Of a stretch of DNA of 64,000 bases, positions 13,801-25,800 are shown one piece after another. Within the stretch, counting starts at the first letter, position 1, and every line of letters begins with the position of its first letter. The stretch is from NCBI GenBank assembly GCA_012026655.1, contig JAAILG010000585.1, forward strand, positions 1-64,000, given 5' to 3'. Under the pieces are notes generated by a model. The model worked only from the letters and a program-made list of their open reading frames with translations. It did no database searches and was not told the origin of the DNA. Source of the DNA: Hydrolagus affinis (taxonomy: Eukaryota). The translations under genes and the position numbers were made by a program.

Positions 13801-16800
13801 ATGAAATTATTTTATCTGGAGTTTACCTCCACACCATACTTAATCTGATACATGAATAGACATTAAAGATCCACTTACATTTTAGTTACTTTAACCTACA
13901 TTGTAGCCAGGTACTTTAATCAAATTTGTTACCTCACTTACAAATTTGATTCAAATTAAAAACAAGCTAGTTTCTGCAAGTGAATAATTTACCAATATAC
14001 AATTCCAAAAGAACCAATGAAATATTTTTCAACTCCATTACAATGAACATAAAGGTTTATCAAAGGAGTTTTTTTTTCTGTTCACTCTTCGGAACCAAAC
14101 TAGAATTATATAAATTACAACAAAGGATGACGCCAATTTGTCTATCGAGCCTACACTGGTGCTAATTATGGTAATGAAATGAAAAATTTGTTAATTCATG
14201 AGAAAGGGCCATTAGTTCCAACATAAGAGGCAGTCTCATAACTAGCATGCTGGATTTTTAACTCATGATTTAGGTTGAAAGTTCAGGTCATTGAAATGGA
14301 CACTCAATATCCCCAGGCTTGGTCTAGAAAAAATTGAAGAAAAATCTAACAGATATATTTCTCCTTGCACTGAACAGAATAGGTTGAAGCAAACAAGCTA
14401 TATTCTGAGATATCCATTATCTAGACTACCTAGTCCTACTTTCACTGAAGCATGTGAATGAGGGAGGAGAGAATAAACATTTTAAAACATAATACATTTT
14501 TGTGAATATGAAAATATTACTCCATTCAAAAAAGTATTTATGAAAATGTTAGTACTGTAAGTTACTTTTTTTTAAACAAAAAACTTGTTCTTAGTTGGAA
14601 ATAGACATTTATACAAGTTATACTAAAAGCGTAAAAGTTATAATTTAGTAGTACATGTACATTATATTCCTTTAAAACTTCAAAGGGTGGTCTGCTGTCA
14701 ATTAACGTAATCCTCAACCCAACAAAAGGACCATATATATTATTGACAGGGCATCAGTGAAAAAATCCCCATATGTACTTTGCATTAAATACCTCAAATG
14801 CCAAACTTTCCTTAAAATAGGCTCCATCATCAAGTGTCCTGGCCAACAAACTTGCAAACGTAATTGGTCACTTACTTCATAATTGTTTATGGGACACTGC
14901 TGTGTGCCAGAAAATAGCCAATTTTCAATAAATCTTATCAAGCACTAGGATACATCCTCCGAACTTACAAGGTGCTATGTCAAATTCAAGGATACTAATA
15001 ATAATATACATTTTTTAAACTGGATTGCTTATTAAGCACACAAAATGCAATTTAAATTTGACATCATCCACCAAGAAGATTCATTTGTGTTTGGAACAAA
15101 TGTAAGCTTCCTATGTAAATAGTAAAGCCCTAAAAAGGGAAATCAAGTATCACCTGGAACTCGCTAAATTCCTGAAATGTTGGTTCCACTCATTGCCACT
15201 GCAGGACTAACATAATTCTTCAATGATTAGTCCATTAGTCCAGCCAAACAATGAGCCAATGATAGCAGCAAAGTTCAAATTGTACTGTAGCAGGAATACC
15301 ATCCTTTCTGCCCAATGGGAAGTTTCTTCAGCAAGTGTCATACCTTTTTTTAAAAAAAATCTATAAATTATCACCATCATAAGATTCATTTTTATAGACT
15401 GCAAACATTAACAAACCCAGAAATTTATTGCAAAGCAGAAAGAATATTCATTTTAATTTTAAAAAAAACTTGTCTAAAAGCTGGTAGTCTAATGTTAATA
15501 TTGGAACTACATCTAGCAGAACTAGTTGCATTGACCTGATCTTCAAATATTCTATGTTACATGTATAGCATTCAGCTGCATAATTTTATAGCATTAGCAT
15601 CAATCATTTCATTCTCTTTTCTATAAATATATAGTTTATGTAAAACTCTTGATATAAGTTGCTCAATAATCATGCGTACTGGGTTTTACAGATGAAGCTC
15701 CTCTATATTTCTCTTGATGAAATATTTGCTGACTTCAATCACCTAGGGGACTTCTGTACTGATGAAGTCACTGATATGTGCCCCATTAGTCTCTGTGGAT
15801 TTCCCCTATCGTGCTTCTCACCTCGTTCTTGCCAATTAAGCAGACGAATTATGTATAATAGTTGGAGACACTTTTAGACCTGAGTCCTGGTATGCAGTAG
15901 AAGCTTTGACAGAATGATACTGGTGAATAATTAGAGTGATTTTTTAAAGCCCTGGAAACTTTGTCTTTCTTCTGCTCTACTACCTATTTTTAACTGAATC
16001 TTTTCAATAAGAGCAATGAGCACCGTACAACTAAAAAAAAACACACAGCTGAAGCATCATGGCTTTGAATTTAGTTGAAAATATTATATATACGCCATTT
16101 AAGTATGTTAAGCTAATAGTAAAATAGGTTCATTTCACGTTAATAAAGGCTGCTGATCATAAGATATGGAGTTAAACTTACCTTTAAACCCATTTTATTA
16201 AGCATGATCTGCAAGACTACTGTTTCAAATGCATTCCCTAATGAAGCTAATTTGTTACATATACTGTACATGCTATGGCTTGGACTATATTGGCTTGTAC
16301 ACCCACTACTGCCTTTGTTCTAGTTGCAGGCTCAAAGCATTAAAGGTATCATACACATGCAATGCTTCATGAATCAGACCACTTCAGTCTTTCACAACAC
16401 ATCTACCCATCACTTATTTATATAAACTGATAGCTGTTCACTTGTGGAAAAAAAGACTAAACAAACATCATAGACAATACACTGTTGCTCTCAGCAAACT
16501 TGAAGTTTCTGGCATTCAATGTAAAACAAAATGGCTACTCAACAACAACAAAATGATATAACTAGAGCACCTTTCAAGTTGAGAGGTTTGGTTTGGAATA
16601 CATGCCTTCAGTACTTAATTGAATAAACTAAATACCCCTTGTCAATGAATGCAAACAAAACAGAATTAATTTCACAATTTATATTTAAAAACTCCATAGT
16701 GATAAGCTAGCTGATCATCAAAACATGTTACACCATATTTCACAAGCAAGAAGTCCCATTGCAACAGGATAAACTACAGTTCCTGTGAACAAAATGTATA

Positions 16801-19800
16801 ACATAACATTTGTACAGCACCTTTCATAATGAAACAACCAATTTTGTTTGAAATAAATCAACCAGAATGTAAGCAAAATTCATATCAGAATGAAAGGTTT
16901 GAAACACAGCAGTTTTCTGAAAATAGTGCAGTGTGTAAAGTACTGTACACTAGAATCCTTTAAGGCATCAGATTAGATTTAATCTTTTCAGCTATTCACT
17001 AAACTTTCAGAAACGAGTATTGATGTACTTAACACCAATGTTGGTTTTAGGTTTCAACGCTGGAAATAATATTTGCTCACAATCATTCACTACTTTTAGT
17101 CCTCATTAAGGTGAAGGACATCAGTGCAGGGAATAGAGCAGGAATCCAGTACCAGATTCAAGCACTATACAGGTCAGCACAACCAGCTGTAACAAGCTTC
17201 TTCTCCCTTTTCTGCCCCAATTTTCACTAAACTTACAAAAGTTTTTCAGGGGATGCAACAGTCCTCGAATTTGAAAAATTGTGATTCTCCTTTATCTTCA
17301 AAGGAAAGGATGGATAACCCATCATGGCTGCTTCCATTGATGAGATGGTTTGTATTCAATATTATTTATGTACATTATATCTAACACACACAATTTCAAT
17401 GGAGGCCACACCACTGCTTTCTACCTCTTGTCAAACGATAGGTGAAAATATATATACATGATGCAATGCACGCCTATTTTGTATGAAGTAGATCAGTTAG
17501 AAAATTTTAGATTATGAAAATTGAGAAAAACAAAAATATAACTGCCCTCAATCAACAATCTCGTGCAATATCCTGTCCAATCCCACACTTTGCCCCAGGC
17601 CCAAAATTACATAATGCTATTATAACCATTTTTAGAACTCTGAAGTTACAGAGGTATAAATTTGCACAGAGTGAAGACTACCATGTGCGAGTTTCAATAT
17701 CGACCAAGGTTTGGAGCAATTTTCTAAAGATCATCAGTCCTTTGACACAATTCCAGTCAAAGCAGATGGAACTGAATTGTGTATAGTCAGCAGGAATGAG
17801 AAGTCGTAAAGTTACCCAATTTGATACTGTATATGGTCTTCCTCATTCTTTTCATGCAGTTTATCTTCCAATACAATTGAAAGAGGTCCATTATCCAATG
17901 GGGGTACTCAGGACACTGTCCCTTCTAAGAGCTCTCCCTTGTTCTAGCCTCATGAGAGCCAGGTTATCATCCCAGTTCCCATGCTGTATACATGGCCAGA
18001 TCTCGACTCCCTCACTTCTTTAATGGAGGTAGCTGCAGAGGACACCGTGTGTGAACAATGATGGAAAATTATCAAGCTCTATTCACTCCAAACCAGAGGA
18101 TTAAAAAAAGAGGAAAAGTTGGGCGGGAGCCATGTATGTGGAATACATTGAAAGAAAAGAATGAGGAAGAACACAAGGCAATTTGTTTTTACTATATCGT
18201 TATTTTTCATATCTGAGTCTATCATATCTGAGTTGGGCCACAAATTAAGGATGGGCTATACACTTCGTACACAAGAAAATATTTCAGGAATTAGTCAAAT
18301 CAAAATATATTCCCTCAGCAGATAAAACATAATGTATAAATTGTGAAGACTGTCCCAAGGGTAGCCTTTCAATGATCTATTCAAACATTGACAAAAAGAT
18401 GTCCACAAGACAAAGATTTTTTTCTTAACCAAATGTATGGCTTAAAGAAGTATGTATTTATTTTGAGTGATGTTGCGCAATCAAAACTTGAGCAAGTGAT
18501 GGAACATAGCTCAACAATCCACTGCATGCTAAGATCAGGTTAAATTCATATGCAAGATGGCAAGAAAAAGTCAAATGCTTCCCTATAAGAAAATTAAAAT
18601 CAAACTCAACACAAACCTGTTGTACCTTTTCTTGCCAATTCAAGGAACTACTAGGGTCCGGCGATATATCGGTTATAGATATAATTTTTCATATCGATAT
18701 GCTGATATCGGAATTTAAAATATATCGATATATCGTAAATATCGGTATATCGTTTCCGGCGATATATCGGTATTATCGGTATAATGCGATCTTTTCCAGC
18801 TTACCTTGTCACCGGCATTGCAACCTCCTGGGCCTAGAGCACGGAATGCACGCGCACATCCGAATTCACGCGCACACCGGAATGCGCGCGCACCCCCAAA
18901 TGCGAGCATACCTCCGACTGAGCGCGCACCCCCCCCCCCAAATGCGCGCACACCCCGAATGCGCGCTCACCTCCGAATGCACGTGATCCTCCGAATGCGC
19001 ACGCATGCACAGTATTAAAAAACCTGAAAATATCGATATATTAGTATATATCGATATGAGCCCACTGATATATTGATATTGGAAAATTTCCATATCGATG
19101 GACCCTAGGAACTAGTAAGATATTAAGCAGAGAATCTGGGTCAGTAGGATTTCTATGTCAAGTTAGGTGACCAGAAACAAAGAAAAAAATTAGAGACAGG
19201 AGTATGGATACATCCATATAGAAATGGGGTCACTCAATGTTTTGCCAGCAAAAGCAACCAGATATAATTTAGCCTCTTTAGTATGTTTGCAAGGACACTG
19301 GGCCATCAGTGCAGGGAAAAATCTAAATTTAGAAGCCAAGTGGGTGGAAAACAATCAGGTACTATAATTTCTTGAGAAATTAAATTCTAAACAATCTGCA
19401 TTCCTGATGGCTCCCGACAACTGTTCTCTCCAAATCCTCCAGAAAATCTTAAAATCTCATGAATTCAGACTGAGGTTCCATTCAACATGAACAAAATTAC
19501 TTTCGTAAAGCACCTTTCACATTGGGAGGACGTCCTAAGGCACCGCCATTGAATCTGTTAAATGTTATATAATGGGGGGCGGGCGGGGAGACTGTACTGC
19601 AAATCACGTTTAACCTAGGCAGTGTCATTTTGCATTAAGAGTTAGACATCAGAACATTTATGAATTTATTGCTACTCAAGGATGGTTTTCAGTTTCTCTG
19701 AACATCTTTGATCTTCTTTTAGTTTATTTGGCGACAAAATGCCAAAAGCTGCTAGCTTTGCCCGAAAGACAAGTTGATCAGTCTCTTAGCCGGCTGTCTG

Positions 19801-22800
19801 GATAGCAGGATATGCTCAACTTGAATACATCATCATGTTGCAATAATAAGGCAGTCTGTAGGAGGCTATCCAGGTAGAGCAGCAAGTTATCTCACAGTAA
19901 CAACAACAAAATTACGCTTTTCACGTCAGGAGGAAATCCCAAGGCGCAATAACTGGAGAACCAAACCCACAGTTGCAATACAATTAACAGGTTAAGTATG
20001 TACATCATAATGTAATGGGGGGGTGGGGGGGAGGAAGGGGGCAGATGTGATCGCATGAATCTTGCAAAATGATCAAATTAAAAATGCACTATGTCTGACA
20101 TGTTATTCGTGCATTTCTATAGTATAAGGAGGAATAAGTGAGAGAATTTGCGAAGATGATGCAGGATTCAACACAACATGCACATCCACACTATTCCATT
20201 GTGATTTAGTTTGCTGAGGCATCTTGGCAGTGTACGTTATTTCTTATATAATTGGAATATAAATGGGCAATTATGACCAATGTTTCTTTACAATGCAAAA
20301 ACTAAATTTTGAGAGAGGGATTGAATGCAAAATTTACCACCAAAAAGTAATTACAAAACCACCATAGAGCTAATAATCCTTTTAATTAAAGGACAAGGCT
20401 GTATCGAACCTTGCTGCAAATCACAAAAAGGATTTACAGTGAAACAGACACCCGAGCAATTACACTGATGATTAAAGGCTTAAGTAGAGAACAGAGATCA
20501 AAGCGCTCATTGTGCGCAATAAAATTCATATAGTTTTAAAGATTCAAAAGCTTTAGCTTGTGCTTTATTAAGTACCATTTTAGGTGTACCCATGATAACT
20601 GCAAATACTCTTTCCCTGAAGAAGGCACAATGAGAAACTGTAACAGCTGTTCCTGCAGAAAATGGTGCTTTACACACACATTACTACCTCAGATACAGTA
20701 ACATTTGAAATCATCAAATAATGATGCCAATAAACTTTAAATCTGAACAGTTAATGATCTCCAAGGATGGACAAGGCGAGTTTAAAAATAAAAATCAGAA
20801 CAATACATTTACAGTTATTATAATCATTAAGATGGAGTCATATCATGCAATTAAAATGGGCATATGGGTAAGATATTTGGGAGAGCTTTTTTGCATTCTT
20901 GTATACAGCAGTTAAGAAAGTAATGAACCAGCTGCAGCTGTTAATCATGTCTCTTCAGGATATTTCATATTTGTAATAGCATTGCGCCACCTACAGAGGG
21001 TGTTAATCCCTATTAAAAGTAGCCGGAGACATCTCACTTCAGCCATTATTGTACTACAAATTACTGGATACAGCAATATAGAAGCTGTCAGACAAGGTTA
21101 GTGAAAGATTGGGTGAGGAAACAGACCATTCAGCAATTCATCACAGTATAATCCACCACCTCTAAATTGAAACCTACAAAAAAACAACATTAATATTCTA
21201 ACAAGGTGATGTTGCCTTCCGTGGCAGCATTAGCTGAAAAAAGGACAAGTTTAAATAACTGCTGAAGTAGGCTACATGCAGCAAGACAAATGTGTGTACA
21301 TTAACAAACATGTTTGTTCTAAATGCTACAGAAGCCTTATGATTTTACTAAGCCATTTGTACAGACTAACAGATTTACACTGATAAGTTTTACAAACTGG
21401 TTTCCAACTCCAGTCATAATTTGTGAGATTTTATAATGCTAAAATATACTATCCACTCATAATCTTGTCTTGAATACAAAAACACTGTATTCATAATTGA
21501 TAAGGGATACAGTATAATGGAATAGCTTATTGGATGAATAAAAATGTACCTTTGAGTGAGTTTATCAACACATCATTTGCAAATACAGAAAATTGAAAGT
21601 TAACTTTCCAAACTCATACAATTAATTGAACAATTACATTTGTTACTGTTCAGTCAGAGATGAACATCTTAAATTAGATTTGACCAACAAAAAGACCCAG
21701 CTTGCATGGTTATTGAAAGTGCTGTATTGGGGGGGGGTTACCAGAATGATACCAGGGCTAAATTATATGGATAGGACGAATAAACTTGATTTATATTCCT
21801 CGGAGTTCAGAAGGTTGAAGGGTGATCTGATCAAGGCATTTAAAATTATAAAAGGATTTTTTTTTGGTCAGCCAGGCATCTGATACATGTGGAAACCCAT
21901 CACCATGCTTAATCGTATCCAAATTAAGTACCATGCATCTCACCCATACATGAAAATTGCAGAGATTTTTATTGGAATGCAATACACACTCTCTCACTGG
22001 TACCTAATTCTGGAAAATATTAGGGCTGGTTGGAGAGAGCCAAGGATGGGCACCACCAGTATGTGCGTGTTGGGTTACTGCTGGAGTCTAACCAGCTAAA
22101 ATCATATCACTTGCCATTGAGAGCACTGCCCAGCAAGCTACCACTGAGGTCTTTGGCTTGCAGGACAAATGGGAGCTGAGTGGAAAGAGTCCTTGTCCTC
22201 AGTGACTGCTCTGCCTTTCGAAGACCTGCAAATCAGCCATGCTGTACTATCATGAACAGTGCCCTGAAGAACTGCAGACCCTGGCTCAGGAAGCAAACTA
22301 TAGAGACCACCACAGAGGATGGGCTCAATCTCCACATTCCGTTGCCAAACAGAGTGAGAAAATGGCAGTGAGATGAAGGGCTTCCTCTGCAAAAAAAAAT
22401 CTGTTCTGCATAACAGATAAGAAATTACCCAAATAGAAAATCTAATTTTTCTTGATAATTTTGAATAGCTCAATGAGATCTGAAATATTCAACATGTTGG
22501 TTACTTGTAAGAGCAATCCTCGAATGACTTGAGGTTTAGAATTTCAAGGTTACCAATTCTCATGATAAATTTTACATTCACTAAGAAATGCACAACATGA
22601 CAAAAAAATCCTAAAAACGACATACATCTTTTACTTTCCCAAAATAGAAGCTTCCTAAACACATCTACCAAAATATTGACTCTTAAAGCTAGTCTTTGTT
22701 TTCTTTAAAAAGCAAGCAGCTTTGATTTAATGTGTACAGGATAAATGGAAAGTTTAAAAGTAATTTAGGTCTACATCAGTGGGTTAAGACCATCATATAT

Positions 22801-25800
22801 CGCTGATTCAGAATAAATGATGGTCGTATTTTTAACCCATTTGCATTATAGCTAAAGCAATGTAGCTCAGTGGAGTGTTCAAAAAAAACATTGTGGTATG
22901 ACACATAGCTGCAAATAAAAATCATCCTTCTGCTTTTAAGAGAAATAGTGCATACTGTATGCTGTGATTCATGTTTTTGTTCATTTCAAAATAATGCACC
23001 TATTACTTGGAAGCTGAATTATTCAATGTCACAGTCCTGGTGCATTCCAGAATCGGTAATTAGTCGCTATTGACATTTTGCTGTTGCACGACTTACTGCA
23101 AAGACCAATTTTATTAGCCAACTGAACTAATCAAGCAACCAAGGTCAAACAAGAAAACTAGACACAATACTCTTGTGGGGTCTCGTGACAAATATCAAAA
23201 GAAGCAGATTCCTTAACAGTTACATTGATAGGTTCGTAAACACAATGATACATAAAGGAATTAAATAGAGTACTGTACTGGTATATGACATTTTTTCTGC
23301 AAAACAAACAGGTAAAACGTACAGAGATTTATTGTAAGTAAGCAACTTATTAGAAAATTTAGACATTGCATCAAAAAGTACTCATTATTTTTGAAAAATC
23401 AGCTATAAAACATCTTAAGAAATTCTAAGCAATTTGATTATTAATCTGGATGACCTTGACAATTAAGTAAGTACAGGGCCTTAAAGCAACAAAAACTTGC
23501 ATCTATACAGTTAGCTTCATACAGAGTACAGTGTCAGAGTGCTCAACAGTGGTGAAGCCTAATGCCGAGCCAGGGAGGGAGGTGTCCGCAAGCACAGTGC
23601 CGAGGAAGGCATTATCTGGAAATGCGGAAAGTGTAGGCAAGGGAGGAATCGAAGAGAGAGTTCAGCTGTGAGGAAAGGCTAGAGAGGGCAGATTTATTCT
23701 CATTGGAACAGAGAAGGTTGCGAGGAGACCACATAGAGGTTTTTAAGATCATGAGGGGATTCGACAGAGGAAAAGTGTTTCCACTGGTGGGCTTATCGGT
23801 GGTCACAGATTTAAAATAGTTTCAAAAAGAAGCTGAGGAGAAATGTTTTCACTCAGCGAGTTGTTTGAATTTGGAATGCATTGCCTGAAAAGGTGGTGGA
23901 GGCCGATTCAATAACAACTTTTGAAAGAGAGGTAGACATTTATTTGGGGCGGATGGGTTGCGCAGTTATGGGGAGAGAGCTGGGGAGTGGGATTAAATTT
24001 CTCTTTTTAAAGAGCCGACACAGACTCGATGGGCTGAATGGCCTCCTTTTGTGCCGTAAAATTCTATAATTCTATGAGTTCCAAAGTTTCAGGGCATAGT
24101 GGTTGAAAGCACGCCAAGGGACAAATAGGAGACCATAGCCTCCTGAGTGTAGTGAAGAGTACCGTACGCGGGTGTGAGAGATAGGGAGGTACTAATGGTC
24201 ACAGGCTAAACTAATATCACTTGTGTACCTACATTCACTCAAAAACAGTCTTAACAGAAGTGGGAATTATCAATTGGACACTTAATATATCATGGAACTC
24301 TATTATGGTCATCCACAACTGCATGATAAAGTGGCTATGAATCAAATAATCCTTCGATAATTTCAATGGGCATCATTCATGGTTCAAACAATTCTGTGCA
24401 CAGGTAATGCAAACTAAATCTGCAGTTAAGTGTTAATCTAAATGAGTTTACTAAATTTTGAAATGAAATCTCAAACTTTTCCTTTGGTGGCATTGTTGAT
24501 AGATCAGATACAATGACAGGCTTAATATAATAATAATCCCTCCTTCAAGAAAAAAAATAATAAATTGGTAATTTCAATTCACGACTGTTTGTGTGGGACA
24601 CTGCTGTGCGCAATTGGCTGCCGCGTTTCACCCACAAATATACAGTCAATTCACTTTACAGTATAACCTGTGAAGTGCTTTGAGATGTCTAAAAGATGTG
24701 TTAAGGCACTATATCAAATGCAAGGATTATTATTAGATACAGTGCTTTAGCGTGTCTTTGAGATGTCTCAAAGCACTTCATAGAAGATACTTTGTAAGGT
24801 TGGCCAGAAAGAGACTTTACCCAGTGTGAACGATAAATCTTTTATTATCATATACAATTCAAAGGCTTTAACATATGTAATTATTATATTGTTAAGTTCC
24901 ATTATAGCAGTAAAAATCAACAAACCAATATTACCCGATTTCATGGGAGAAGTCACTGACCACCAGCTGTTCATAACTGTTCCTCCTATGATGATTCCAA
25001 TTATTCCAAAGTTACATCTTTCTTTTCTGCATGTCTAACTCCATCTCCCCTTGTCAGTGACCTTGCGCAGGCTGCTTTGCAGGGAGAGTAAGAGAGTTAT
25101 GGACAGCTTTTTGGGCCGATTCTGTCATCTCCCTGTTTCTTAGTCATAACAACAAATATAATCTGCAAAACTATTATAACTGCATATTTGTTATAAAGGA
25201 ACATTTTCAACAAACACCAATTGTTATACGGAAACATGAATTGTTATAAAACTTGAAATGTTATAGAAAAGATCTTTAACCCAAACATGAATTTGTTATG
25301 GGAAAACCTCTTCAACTACCTCATTGTTAACACAACACTTAATTAAACATGATTCTTGTAGTACTGGGACTCCTCAATTAATATTGGGGATATGTTCTTG
25401 AAAAGTGCGATTTTAAGTGAAAACGTACTGTATAGCAAAACCTAAATTAACATAGGTCCTAATGCTATCAATAGGGATTAGGTTCCTTCAGTACATTTCT
25501 AGTCTAAATTTTCTTACACTAATATTAAATAAAGAACAAAACAGCAACACTAGTACAGGTAAACCTCTACTTAGGACGGGGTTGTGTTCCTGAAAAACTG
25601 TATCTAGATCAAAACGTCCTAAATCGAAATGCGATTTCCCATGCAGTCCCATTATATAACCAGAGATGTGTTCTTTTCACAAGATTTTCGAACCTTAAAC
25701 CCACTAAATAACACACAAAACCACACAATATAACACACAAATTAACACACATAGGCAAGAAGGGATACTTGGCGTATCTATACAGTATTGTACTTTAACA

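Noticed and set aside
18840-19010. Regularly spaced CCGAATGCGCGC units resembling a CRISPR array
   Set aside because: No unique spacers and no cas genes; the context is eukaryotic and this is a minisatellite inside a MITE.
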